Shown here in pieces: positions 10,970 to 20,873 of a DNA stretch of 32,000 nt. Position 1 is the first letter of the stretch. Each line of letters opens with the position of its first letter. The position numbers and the translations under genes are program-made. Below the pieces are notes generated by a model. It worked only from the letters and a program-made list of their open reading frames with translations. It had not been told where the DNA came from and did not search any database. The stretch covers positions 1,320,001-1,352,000 of the forward strand of contig NC_013771.1 of assembly GCF_000025125.1 (NCBI RefSeq), in the 5' to 3' direction. This DNA comes from Candidatus Atelocyanobacterium thalassa isolate ALOHA (GTDB lineage Bacteria; Cyanobacteriota; Cyanobacteriia; Cyanobacteriales; Microcystaceae).

Positions 10970-11953
10970 ATGATTTGGAGAAGACGTCATATTTTGAGTT
11001 TAGCTGATTGGGAAGAAGAAGAATACAATATACTACTTCAAACTGCTTCTAGCTTCAGCGAGGTCCTATTACGACATACTAAAAAAGTACCAGCTCTTCA
11101 GGGACTAGTAGTTACTAACATGTTTTTTGAACCATCTACAAGAACCCGTAGTAGTTTTGAACTAGCAAGTAAACGTCTTTCTGCAGATATATTAAACTTT
11201 TCTCCAGGAACCTCATCTCTAGTAAAGGGAGAAACTATTCTAGATACGGCTAAAACTTATTTAGCTATGGGAACAAACATTATGGTCATTCGCCATAAAC
11301 AAGCAGGAGTTCCCAAAATAATTGCTAACGAAATGGATCGCTTGCAAAGCGGTGTCAGCATTTTAAATGCTGGGGATGGTATGCATGAACATCCTTCTCA
11401 GGGATTATTAGATTTATTTACTATTTGTTCTGAGCTAGACTCTAGTTATCCAAGATTAGAGTTATTGCAAGGTAAAAAAATCGTTATTGTTGGTGATATA
11501 TTACATTCCAGAGTTGCTCGTTCAAACATATGGAGCTTAACAAAAGCAGGAGCTAACGTTCATTTAGTAGGTCCTCCAACATTACTGCCTAAGTGGTTTA
11601 CAGATATAAAAAATACAGATAGCAAAGGCCAATTATTTATACATTGGAATTTGGAAGATGCTTTAAAACAAGCAGATTTCATTATGACATTACGTTTACA
11701 AAAAGAAAGAATGACAGAGGCTTTACTGCCTAGCTCGAGAGAATATCATAAATATTATGGTATTACTCATAATCATTTAAATATTTGTCAACCTAATGTA
11801 AAAATTTTACATCCAGGGCCAGTAAATCGTGGAATTGAAATCAGCTCAAAGTTAATAGATGACCTTAGTATTAGTTTAGTTCAAAAACAAATTACAAACG
11901 GTATTGCTGTCCGTATGGCTTTACTATTCTTATTGGGAACATTTTCTGAATAA
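10970..11953 (+). CDS. pyrB: aspartate carbamoyltransferase catalytic subunit
   Basis: 327-aa ORF with the STRTR carbamoyl-phosphate motif ([11 protein letters not shown]), HPSQGLLD, the HSRVARS-type motif and HPGPVNRG. Confidence 0.93.
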   Translation: MIWRRRHILSLADWEEEEYNILLQTASSFSEVLLRHTKKVPALQGLVVTNMFFEPSTRTRSSFELASKRLSADILNFSPGTSSLVKGETILDTAKTYLAMGTNIMVIRHKQAGVPKIIANEMDRLQSGVSILNAGDGMHEHPSQGLLDLFTICSELDSSYPRLELLQGKKIVIVGDILHSRVARSNIWSLTKAGANVHLVGPPTLLPKWFTDIKNTDSKGQLFIHWNLEDALKQADFIMTLRLQKERMTEALLPSSREYHKYYGITHNHLNICQPNVKILHPGPVNRGIEISSKLIDDLSISLVQKQITNGIAVRMALLFLLGTFSE

Positions 11954-11994
11954 AAATAATAGTATTTTTTAATAAACAAAATTATATTTTTGGC

Positions 11995-13386
11995 CTAAAT
12001 AGATTTTGAAAATGTATTCTCCTTTGATTTTTTAAGATATGGATCAAATATTGATGCAATATTTCTAATAAGCCAGCGTCCTGAGCTAGTAACCTCTAAG
12101 CGATCATCATATAAGCTAACTAATCCATCTTTTTCCAAAGGTTGTAAATCAATTAATTCTTGTGCAAAATATTCATCAAAATTAAAGTTCAAATTATACT
12201 TGCTTTTAACACGATTTTTATCAAGTTGAGATTGACACATTAATTCCATAATGATGGAGCGACGAATAATATCATCTTGACTAAGAGCAAAGCCTTTCTC
12301 AATAGGTAAAAGCCCTTCATCTATAGTTCGATAATAATCTTTAATTTTTTTATGATTCTGGACATAAACATCGTGAAGCATACTAATAGATGTCATTCCA
12401 AAAGAGATAAGATCAGATTCTGGTTTTGTTGTATATCCTTGAAAGTTACGATGCAAGTCACCTTTCTCTTGAGCAATTGACAACTCGTCATTGGGTTTAG
12501 CGAAATGATCCATGCCTATATATACATAATTATTGTCGTTAAATTTATCAATAGCCATTTGTAAGATAGCAAGTTTTTCTGATGCGCTAGGCAATTCATC
12601 GATAGGAAGATTTTTTTGAGCAGGTTTTATCCAAGGAATATATGCAAAGTTGAATACAGCAATACGATCAGGATTCAATTCTATTGTTTTTTGAATTGTT
12701 TTTTCAAAGGTATATCTGTTTTGGAATGGCAAACCATAAATCAGATCAACATTAACGCTCTCAAAATTTGCTTCTTTTACCCAGTCCATAACCTGAAATA
12801 ACATTTCTTCAGGCTGAACACGATTAATAACGTTTTGTACTTTTTCCTCAAAATCTTGAATCCCGAAACTAATACGGTTGAAACCAATATTTCTTAGAAA
12901 AAAGATAAGATTTTTATCGACATATTTAGGATTAACTTCAATAGATATTTCTGCATTTTTATCTATATTAAAGTTATTTTTGATCGTATTAAACAATTGT
13001 TCTATCTGAAGCTGATTTAGATAATTAGGTGTTCCTCCTCCCCAATGAATTTGATTTACTAATCGATCTGAAGAAACAAATTGAGAAGTTTTTTTAATAT
13101 CATTCACTATATATTCTAAATAAGAAGAAGCAACTTTCTTATTTTTTGTAATGATTGTATTACACCCGCAAAAATAACATGCACTTTCACAAAAAGGAAT
13201 ATGACAGTAGAGAGAAAGTGGAGTTTTTTTCTTGTTACCTGATTCAATACCTAATTTAAACTCTTTCTCTCCTGAATTTATCTTCAGTTCAGTAGCAGGA
13301 GGATAGCTTGTATATCTGGGAAGAGATTTATCATATTTTTTGAGTAATTCTTGATCAAAGCTTATGCTTTTTAATTTTGATTTCAT
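11995..13386 (-). CDS. hemN: oxygen-independent coproporphyrinogen III oxidase (radical SAM)
   Basis: 463-aa ORF with YPP near the N-terminus, the radical-SAM cluster motif HIPFCESACYFCGC, GGGTP, and the HemN C-terminal domain. Confidence 0.9.
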   Translation of the reverse strand: MKSKLKSISFDQELLKKYDKSLPRYTSYPPATELKINSGEKEFKLGIESGNKKKTPLSLYCHIPFCESACYFCGCNTIITKNKKVASSYLEYIVNDIKKTSQFVSSDRLVNQIHWGGGTPNYLNQLQIEQLFNTIKNNFNIDKNAEISIEVNPKYVDKNLIFFLRNIGFNRISFGIQDFEEKVQNVINRVQPEEMLFQVMDWVKEANFESVNVDLIYGLPFQNRYTFEKTIQKTIELNPDRIAVFNFAYIPWIKPAQKNLPIDELPSASEKLAILQMAIDKFNDNNYVYIGMDHFAKPNDELSIAQEKGDLHRNFQGYTTKPESDLISFGMTSISMLHDVYVQNHKKIKDYYRTIDEGLLPIEKGFALSQDDIIRRSIIMELMCQSQLDKNRVKSKYNLNFNFDEYFAQELIDLQPLEKDGLVSLYDDRLEVTSSGRWLIRNIASIFDPYLKKSKENTFSKSI

Positions 13387-14058
13387 AGTTTTAATTACTT
13401 TTCAATGATTAAGATAGTCTAAAAATAGTAAATTTCAAAAAGAAAATTCAAATGAAAGTTATTATTTAACATTTGAATTTTATTTGTTACATAAGCAATA
13501 GTTTTAAATTCTTATTTCTTAACTTATTAGTCAGTTTTCCGAATTTTTATAATACTGATTGTTTTCTAATAAACTAGAAGCTTTTTAGAAAGAAACGAGC
13601 AAAAGTCTTAATATTTGTACATTAAGCTTAACTTTAAAATAGAAAATTAATAATGAATTTACGATATGGTCCTAAAACTTAACAGGGAAAAATTCATAAT
13701 AGGAAACTATTTCAATATAGTTCAGCAAATTAAGTAAAAAATATTTGATTTGCTATTAAATTTAAGATTGTAATTTCTTAGTTTATTTTATTGCCATACA
13801 GTTATATTATCATTGAATTGTCCAATATGCTCAAAATTGATATCATCTCAAGTTGTAAGCTGATTATTGTTAAAACTATTAATATACTTAAAACACAAAA
13901 GTAGTTAAGCAAAAAAATATTTGGTCTTAAATAATTATTTTTTAAAAATATTGAAACTAGTTGATAAAAATATAAATTTTAATCTTTTGTTAATTCAGGG
14001 ATAGACAAACTTCTTGCAAGATAAGATAATATAACTATCAAGTTATATAAATATAATT

Positions 14059-15138
14059 ATGGTCACTACTTCAGTTAATACACAGACAAATCAGCTGAAA
14101 TCTAATAAGAAAGAAGTCACTAAAGAGACTTTATTGACTCCACGTTTTTATACTACAGATTTTGAAACTGCAGCTACTATTTCTTTAAAGGATCAAGAGA
14201 CTCAACTACAAGCAATGTTGACAGAAATGCGTAACGATTATAATCGTTATCATTTTGTACGTGACGAAACCTTTAAGGATCTTTCTTTAGATCATTTAGA
14301 TAAAGACACAAGAGAAGGATTCGTTGAATATTTAGAAAGATCATGTATTTCTGAGTTTTCTGGTTTTTTACTTTTTAAAGAATTATCTAGAAAAATTAAA
14401 AAAAGTAACCCTACATTAGCAGAAATTTTTCATCTAATGGCAAGAGATGAAGCACGGCATGCTGGATTTCTTAATAAAGCAATGGCTGATTTTAATGTTG
14501 CATTAGATTTAGGAAAAATAACTAGAACACGTAACTACACCTTCTTTCCACTAGAGTGGATAATTTATACAGTATATCTATCTGAAAAAATTGGATATTG
14601 GCGATATATTGTTATTTTCCATCACTTAGAGAAACATCCTGAAAAAAAATTCTATCCAATCTTTGATAAGTTTGAGAATTGGTGCCAAGATGAAAACCGT
14701 CATGGAGATATTTTCAATGCTTTATTGCGTTCACAACCTAAACTTTGGAATGATTGGAAAGCAAGATTATGGAGTCGCTTTTTTCTTTTAGCTGTATTCG
14801 TAACACATACATTAACTGTACATGAAAGAGCAAAATTCTATAAATCTTTAGGATTGGATCCAACAGAATTTGACAAAGAAGTAATTCGCGAAACAAATAA
14901 TACGGCTGCCAGAGCATTTCCATCTATTCTAGATGTAGAAAATCCGGAATTCTATTCCCGTTTACAGAGATGTTCAGAACGCAACTTGGCAGTGAAAGCT
15001 TTACAAAAAAGTAACAAGTTAGGAATTATAAAAACTTTAGGGAAAATTTTACTATTTACTGGCATTGCTGGAGACTTCTTTAAAGCTTTTCTTATAAAAC
15101 CTATTGATACAGAAGCTTTACGCGGAGATATTCATTGA
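14059..15138 (+). CDS. acsF: Mg-protoporphyrin IX monomethyl ester (oxidative) cyclase
   Basis: 359-aa ORF with TPRFYTTDF near the N-terminus and two diiron E-x(n)-E-x-x-H motifs (ARDEARHAGF and QDENRHGD), which are diagnostic of AcsF/ChlA/CHL27. Confidence 0.93.
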   Translation: MVTTSVNTQTNQLKSNKKEVTKETLLTPRFYTTDFETAATISLKDQETQLQAMLTEMRNDYNRYHFVRDETFKDLSLDHLDKDTREGFVEYLERSCISEFSGFLLFKELSRKIKKSNPTLAEIFHLMARDEARHAGFLNKAMADFNVALDLGKITRTRNYTFFPLEWIIYTVYLSEKIGYWRYIVIFHHLEKHPEKKFYPIFDKFENWCQDENRHGDIFNALLRSQPKLWNDWKARLWSRFFLLAVFVTHTLTVHERAKFYKSLGLDPTEFDKEVIRETNNTAARAFPSILDVENPEFYSRLQRCSERNLAVKALQKSNKLGIIKTLGKILLFTGIAGDFFKAFLIKPIDTEALRGDIH

Positions 15139-15172
15139 TAATATTTATGTAAGATTGTCTAATCTTTATATA

Positions 15173-15210
15173 TAAACATCTACATTTTTGCAGAACGGTG
15201 TAGATGTTTA
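15173..15210. terminator. 12-bp stem hairpin between convergent acsF and the DUF123 gene
   Basis: TAAACATCTACA (15173-15184) is the exact reverse complement of TGTAGATGTTTA (15199-15210), with a 14-nt loop. It lies 35 nt after the acsF stop and has no clean U-tract. Confidence 0.4.
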
Positions 15211-15323
15211 CATATAATATTAATAGATATGTTTTCAGTATTAAAATATTTTTTGCTTTACTAATCTTTTTAAAACAAAGGTAAATAGCAAAGTATTTCT
15301 TTATTTAAATCAAAAATAGAAAA

Positions 15324-15800
15324 CTATAATATGTTAAGCTCAATTTTATTTAAATTTTCATAATTTATAGATTGTTGAATAATATTTTGATGAATCATTT
15401 CAAATTGAGGCTTTATTTCAGAATAGAATAAATGTGATGTGCAGTTACAATCAGAAGCCCCAAATTTTTCTATAGAAGCCTTAAATAAGTTACTATTCAA
15501 TAATAATTTAGCCCATTGATGTTCTTGTTTTATTGAAGATGTTGAATACCATACTTCTAACGGAATTAAGTATTGTCTTAAATAATCAAGATGCCAATGT
15601 TTTTTTTTATAAATTTTTGCGTGTCTTTGTATCCTTGAGCTTAAGCCACCTGATCCAAAAGCACTTCCCACATATAGATAATACCCTAGATTTATTGGAT
15701 GAATACCTAGCCTACCTATATTGACTAATGTTGAATTAAAACATAAAAATAATAAGCAATAAGTCCCTTTATCGTTTTTTGGTAACAATTTATAGCCCAT
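15324..15800 (-). CDS. GIY-YIG nuclease superfamily protein (DUF123 / Uri-like)
   Basis: 158-aa ORF. The GYYLYVGSAFGSGGLSSRIQRH....KKKHWHLDYL block matches the DUF123 signature as I remember it (G.Y.YVGSA...GL..R..RH...K..HWHIDYL). Confidence 0.7.
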   Translation of the reverse strand: MGYKLLPKNDKGTYCLLFLCFNSTLVNIGRLGIHPINLGYYLYVGSAFGSGGLSSRIQRHAKIYKKKHWHLDYLRQYLIPLEVWYSTSSIKQEHQWAKLLLNSNLFKASIEKFGASDCNCTSHLFYSEIKPQFEMIHQNIIQQSINYENLNKIELNIL

Positions 15801-15850
15801 AATTATAAATTTTCGAATTTATTAATAACTCTTATTTATATTAGAGTTTT

Positions 15851-17485
15851 CTAAAAAGTAAAAGTTGTTCTAATTGTTCCAATTACTAAATCATCATTAG
15901 CATTATCATAATTAGGTGACGTGATAATTACAATTCCAGGAGTAATCTTAACATTATTATTAATCGTATATTCATAAAAAGCTTCTAAGTGAAACGAAGC
16001 ATTTTGATTACTATTAATTAATTTTCCAGGCAAGTTAATATTTGACTTAGCAACCCAAGGTTCCATTCCTATAACTATAGCACCTATTCCACCTTCAATT
16101 AGTGCATCTGGGAAAGCTAATGTTACTGCCCAATTCCAAATATCTAAGTTTCCTCTATTAATAAAGTCTTCTTGTAATATTACTGGACCAGTTTTCGTTG
16201 TAGTAAAACCTCCCCAGCCTCCGAAAATAAAATTAGGGGATACACTCCACATAAACTCTATTCCATAAGCATTATTAACAGTATCTACATTAGATGAAAA
16301 TTCTTCTTGAATAAATGATTGAAAATTTGATAAACGGCTTCCTGTACCAGAATCAAGATTATTATAACCATGAACATACGTAAAATCAACAGTAAAATTT
16401 CCATCAGTTCCATATGGATACCATCCAACCTGTCCAATGACACCATAAGGACCATTAAACATTCCTGAGTCTAAATCAGGATCATTACCATTGTTAGCTA
16501 AATAACCACCACTCCACTCAAAAACTTCAAAAATAGTTCCTCGAAATCCAATTCCAGGCCCTCCAGCCATGAAATATAAAGGATTGCGGCTGCCAAATGA
16601 AGTAATTGCACCAAATGCTCTATCTCCATCTAAAAAATTCACTGTTGGTACAAAATCATCAAATGCACCACCTACTGGTTCTATAAACATTCTTACGTTT
16701 TCTGCTAAATTAAATTGATAAATAATCAACTGTACAGATAGATCAGAACTATCTGGTTGTTGAAAACCTAAATCTCCTTCAAACGTATCTGTAATAGTTG
16801 CATAGGAAGGGATTGTTCCTGTTGCAACACGAGTATAAAGTGAATCATTCCCATCAAAGCTTGTATTTAACTCAATTCGTCCTCTATAACCTAAATTATT
16901 AGTATTATGTATATCCTCAATTCCTCTCTTTTTTTCTCCATTAGTAATTCCTGTTAAACCTATAACAAACTGTCCACTAAGAGTTGTAGTAGTGGAAAAT
17001 TGATGGTTTTCTATATAAGCTACTCTTTTTTCTAAATTTGATACCTTAGAACCTGAAATAATTACTTCTTTATCAAATGCTTGCATTAGATGCTTAGATA
17101 TTTCGATATCTTCTTTTGAAATTGCAATATTTTCTTTTAATAATTCTTCAATAGTATTTAAACATTGATTTAATCCTGCGCTAAACTCATTGCGAGATAA
17201 ATTATATTTTCCAGCAAAAATCTTATTAGGGTATCCTGAAATACAATCATACCGTTTGACTAACCTTTGTAAAGCTTTATAAGGCCAATCTGTAGTAGAT
17301 ATTTCTTCTAATTTAGAAAGATTAGTAACTTTAGAAGTTAATTTTCTAGAATTATGAAGAGGATTAATAAATCCATCACGGAATTTCTGAAGCTTAAGAT
17401 TCTGGGATGTTTCAGGCCAAGCTTGAGTAGTAGTAGTGTTTGACAAAAAAATTATTAAAACAGCTACGCCAACTGTTTTATACAT
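15851..17485 (-). CDS. outer-membrane porin with an N-terminal SLH domain and an OprB-like beta-barrel (cyanobacterial type)
   Basis: The ORF is open to 17566. I place the start at Met28 (ATG at 17485) because MYKTVGVAVLIIFLSNTTTTQA-WP looks like a signal peptide. It has an SLH-like segment (DWPYKALQRLVKRYDCISGYP...FAGKYNLSRNEFSAGLNQCL), a coiled linker, an aromatic/Gly-rich barrel and a terminal F. Confidence 0.8.
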   Translation of the reverse strand: MYKTVGVAVLIIFLSNTTTTQAWPETSQNLKLQKFRDGFINPLHNSRKLTSKVTNLSKLEEISTTDWPYKALQRLVKRYDCISGYPNKIFAGKYNLSRNEFSAGLNQCLNTIEELLKENIAISKEDIEISKHLMQAFDKEVIISGSKVSNLEKRVAYIENHQFSTTTTLSGQFVIGLTGITNGEKKRGIEDIHNTNNLGYRGRIELNTSFDGNDSLYTRVATGTIPSYATITDTFEGDLGFQQPDSSDLSVQLIIYQFNLAENVRMFIEPVGGAFDDFVPTVNFLDGDRAFGAITSFGSRNPLYFMAGGPGIGFRGTIFEVFEWSGGYLANNGNDPDLDSGMFNGPYGVIGQVGWYPYGTDGNFTVDFTYVHGYNNLDSGTGSRLSNFQSFIQEEFSSNVDTVNNAYGIEFMWSVSPNFIFGGWGGFTTTKTGPVILQEDFINRGNLDIWNWAVTLAFPDALIEGGIGAIVIGMEPWVAKSNINLPGKLINSNQNASFHLEAFYEYTINNNVKITPGIVIITSPNYDNANDDLVIGTIRTTFTF

Positions 17486-17639
17486 AGAAAACAAATAAAA
17501 CATTAGTTTTTCACACTTCATATAAAATGAAGCTTTGTCAAAAAACAAAGAACAGAACAACAACATGATAATCCTATCTCAAGATACAGAAATTAAAATA
17601 TATAACTTATTACAAAATCTTCTAAAAGATAAGTATTTA

Positions 17640-18620
17640 TTAACATTCAATATTTAACAGACCTTTCTCTTTTAACCATTTCTTATTATAAATACGTGAT
17701 TGATAGCGTGCACCGCCATCACATAATACTGTAACAATAGTATGTCCAGGACCAAGTTTTTTAGCTAAAGCAACTGCAGCTCCTACATTGATACCTACAG
17801 AGCCTCCCATGAATAAACCATCATGAGATAATAATTGATTAATTACTTGAATTGCCGTATGGTCGTTGATCTGTATAGCGTCGTCTATAGGAGCTCCTTG
17901 CATATTAGCTGTTATGCGGCTATTCCCTATGCCCTCTGTTATGGAGTTACCTTCTGATTTTATTTCACCTGTTTTTACATAACTATATAATCCACTACCC
18001 ATTGGATCAGCTATTATGCATTTGATTTTAGGATTTTGTTCTTTGAGGAATAAAGCTGTACCAGCATAAGTTCCCCCCGTTCCCGTAGCTGATATCCAGG
18101 CATCTATTTTTCCATCTGTTTGATTCCAAATTTCAGGACCTGTTGTTTTATAATGTGCTTCACGATTTGCTAAATTATCGAATTGATTAGCCCAAACAGC
18201 GTTATCTATCTCTTTTGCCAATCTACTTGAAACTTTAACATAATTTTCTGGATTTTTATAAGGGACTGCAGGGACAAGTCTTACGTCTGCTCCTAATATT
18301 TTCAATAGATCAATTTTTTCTTGTGATTGAGTTTCAGGAACAACAATAATACATTTATATCCTTTAGCATTACAAATATGAGCTAATCCGATACCTGTAT
18401 TGCCTGCAGTTCCTTCAACAACAGTTCCTCCAGGCTTCAGTAATCCTTTTTCTTCCGCATTTTTAATAATATATGAAGCTGCTCTATCTTTGACAGATCC
18501 TCCAGGGTTAAGGAACTCTGCTTTGCCTAAAATATTACATCCTGTCTCCTCACTATAACTTTTAATTCTAATGAGAGGGGTATTTCCAATAGTATTAATT
18601 AAATCTTTTTTAATATCCAT
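17640..18620 (-). CDS. cysK: cysteine synthase A (O-acetylserine sulfhydrylase), PLP-dependent
   Basis: 326-aa ORF with TPLIR, the PLP lysine context NPGGSVKDRAA, the GNTGIGLA loop and GTGGT. CysK versus CysM cannot be resolved by eye. Confidence 0.85.
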   Translation of the reverse strand: MDIKKDLINTIGNTPLIRIKSYSEETGCNILGKAEFLNPGGSVKDRAASYIIKNAEEKGLLKPGGTVVEGTAGNTGIGLAHICNAKGYKCIIVVPETQSQEKIDLLKILGADVRLVPAVPYKNPENYVKVSSRLAKEIDNAVWANQFDNLANREAHYKTTGPEIWNQTDGKIDAWISATGTGGTYAGTALFLKEQNPKIKCIIADPMGSGLYSYVKTGEIKSEGNSITEGIGNSRITANMQGAPIDDAIQINDHTAIQVINQLLSHDGLFMGGSVGINVGAAVALAKKLGPGHTIVTVLCDGGARYQSRIYNKKWLKEKGLLNIEC

Positions 18621-18701
18621 AAATTAAAGTATTCAAACAAATAAATTATATCTCAAATGTTTATTGTATTTTAACCAAAGACTTTATGAAGTAGTTAAAA
18701 C

Positions 18702-20024
18702 TTATTTGTTAAGAATATTATAAGCATTGGTTAAAGTTTTAACATCTCCTACATTACCAGGAAATAAAAGAATTAGTAAGCCTGGGAATAAAGTATTGTT
18801 TTCTGATGTTTTAACAATTGAACAACCAGGTAAAATTTGTCCTAATAAACGAATAGATCTTAGTTTTAAGGTTGTACGTAAAAAATTATTAGAAGTTGTA
18901 CCTCCTTTACTTATTAGAAAACTAATATTACTAGGTAAATTTTGAGTAATTTTCGTTAACAATAAAAAAATAAGTTTTTCAAAATTAGATTTTTCTTCAA
19001 GAGAAGTAAAAGTTATTTGTTGTCTACTAGTATAAATAACTACAGTTTTCCCACTATTATGGATAGTTTTTATTTGGTCTAAAAATTTTGTCAAGAATCT
19101 ACTTTGATTATCTAGATAATCCTGTAATTTTTTTAGGTTAATTTCAAGTCCTAAAACATTATTTTGCTGCAACAGATCATTCAATTGCTCAGTTGTTTTT
19201 TTTGAATAGGAACCGACTAAAATAATTCCCGGATTATTTTTATACTTGTATTCTTGTATATTTTTATTTTCTAACGGCTGTTTACCGATTTTAGCTAATG
19301 AAGTCAACATACTTGCAGCACCACAAAGTAAAAATTTTTTACCAAGATTTACTGCTGTTTGTAAATCTTTAGCGAAATAATTTAAATCTGACTGATGTTC
19401 TGCATCAACTACAATACAGCGATTACTATTTAGATTCATTAACTTATTTAGACTACCTTTCCTAATATCTTTCAATAATAAGCGCCCTACATCAGTTGCC
19501 TTTAATAATTTCTTTGTTTTTTCTTCTATATAGTAAGGTAGATAGCTATGGGAATAATTAAAAACAGAATCTTTAGCAAACTCTGTCCTATGGACTGGAT
19601 CTAAATCAACTCTATCGTCTAAGTACTGTATGCTATTGATGGTTTTTCTTCCTCCTTCAAGAAAAGCAGGAATAAAAAAATGAGAATCAAATTCCCCGAA
19701 ATTATTAGAAATAATTTCTATTTCTAAAGGATAGTGGCCTCTAAGCGTAGAATCGAAACGACTATAAATTAAAAATCTTGTTATATTTTCATTCTCAAGA
19801 GCAATTTTCAAATTATGACAAACTTGTTGAGTAATTTTTTTCGCTTCTTCTGAAATTAATGCTCGCGTATTCGTTATGATAAAGAGTATAGAAGATTTAT
19901 CTCTTAAACCTAATCTAATCGTTTCTATATCCCACTCCATTAATAGCAAACAACTATGTACAGTTTGAGAGCCGGTAGGGTCATCATCTAAAACAATAAT
20001 TTTTGATACACAAACCATATCCAC
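18702..20024 (-). CDS. four-carbon acid sugar kinase family protein (DUF1537; OtnK/DtnK-like)
   Basis: 440-aa ORF with the N-terminal DDxTG-type motif (VLDDDPTGSQTV) and a C-terminal nucleotide-binding-domain motif (ISKGGTTSNNFL), both characteristic of the YgbK/DUF1537 family. The start could be Met3. Confidence 0.72.
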   Translation of the reverse strand: MDMVCVSKIIVLDDDPTGSQTVHSCLLLMEWDIETIRLGLRDKSSILFIITNTRALISEEAKKITQQVCHNLKIALENENITRFLIYSRFDSTLRGHYPLEIEIISNNFGEFDSHFFIPAFLEGGRKTINSIQYLDDRVDLDPVHRTEFAKDSVFNYSHSYLPYYIEEKTKKLLKATDVGRLLLKDIRKGSLNKLMNLNSNRCIVVDAEHQSDLNYFAKDLQTAVNLGKKFLLCGAASMLTSLAKIGKQPLENKNIQEYKYKNNPGIILVGSYSKKTTEQLNDLLQQNNVLGLEINLKKLQDYLDNQSRFLTKFLDQIKTIHNSGKTVVIYTSRQQITFTSLEEKSNFEKLIFLLLTKITQNLPSNISFLISKGGTTSNNFLRTTLKLRSIRLLGQILPGCSIVKTSENNTLFPGLLILLFPGNVGDVKTLTNAYNILNK

Positions 20025-20040
20025 AGTAAATAATAATTAC

Positions 20041-20069
20041 GGCGAAGCTTATTTGCATAATGCTTCGCC
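20041..20069 (-). terminator. intrinsic terminator downstream of rplT
   Basis: The GC-rich 8-bp stem GGCGAAGC/GCTTCGCC has a 13-nt loop. On the - strand it is followed by GTAATTATTATTT. It lies 53 nt past the rplT stop and is the most GC-rich element in that spacer. Confidence 0.6.
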
Positions 20070-20121
20070 GATATTAGGTTACTCAAAAATATTCTTAACT
20101 TCTTACTCAATTAATTCTTAA

Positions 20122-20475
20122 CTATTTAGCAACCTTAGCAGCTTCTACCACTTCAGTAAACGCTTCAAAGTCAACAATTGCTAAATGAGCTAACATTTTT
20201 CGATTAATGCTAATACTAGATTTTTTCATAAGCCCGACTAGCTTGCTATAGCTTATTCCATTTTGTCTGGCAGCTGCATTAATTCGTGTAATCCATAATC
20301 TGCGGAAGTCTCGCTTGCGTTTACGACGATCTCTATAAGCATTGCGTAAAGCTTTCATTACCTGTTGATTAGCAATACGGAATAATCGAGAATGACTTCC
20401 TCGAAATCCTTTAGCAAGTTTAAGAATCTTTTTCCGACGCTTACGGGCAACATTGCCCCGTTTTACCCTTGTCAT
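20122..20475 (-). CDS. rplT: 50S ribosomal protein L20
   Basis: 117-aa ORF beginning [26 protein letters not shown], the canonical L20 N-terminus. Confidence 0.97.
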   Translation of the reverse strand: MTRVKRGNVARKRRKKILKLAKGFRGSHSRLFRIANQQVMKALRNAYRDRRKRKRDFRRLWITRINAAARQNGISYSKLVGLMKKSSISINRKMLAHLAIVDFEAFTEVVEAAKVAK

Positions 20476-20516
20476 AATTCAGCTTCTAGTGTTTTGTATA
20501 TTTAATATCAATTAGT

Positions 20517-20720
20517 TTATAGATAAGGTAACATTAGCCGAACATTTGGCTCATCTTGCTCACTGACTAAAGCAGTCTGAGATAAACGACGACGTTTTTG
20601 TTCAGAACTTTTGTGATTTAACAGATGGTTCTTATAGGCTTTACGCCTAACAATTTTTTTACCGCTTCCTGTTACCCGAAAACGCTTGGCGGCAGCTTTA
20701 CGCGTTTTTAGTTTTGGCAT
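20517..20720 (-). CDS. rpmI: 50S ribosomal protein L35
   Basis: 67-aa ORF beginning [21 protein letters not shown], the canonical L35 sequence. It lies immediately upstream of rplT, which is the conserved rpmI-rplT order. Confidence 0.95.
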   Translation of the reverse strand: MPKLKTRKAAAKRFRVTGSGKKIVRRKAYKNHLLNHKSSEQKRRRLSQTALVSEQDEPNVRLMLPYL

Positions 20721-20873
20721 AAATTTTGTAGAATTAAAAGACGCTTAATTAGCATAGCATTAACTAATCAATAAACGCAAAAAATCAAGAAAAAATTTTT
20801 ATAAAAAAGTTCTAATGACATCGAATTTTAATATCTTAGAGAAATTTCCTACAGAAGGAATACTATGTCGCTT

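Noticed and set aside
17486-17566. 27-codon N-terminal extension of the porin ORF.
   Set aside because: A canonical signal peptide starts at the internal Met (17485). The extension is F/L/K-rich, typical of translated spacer.
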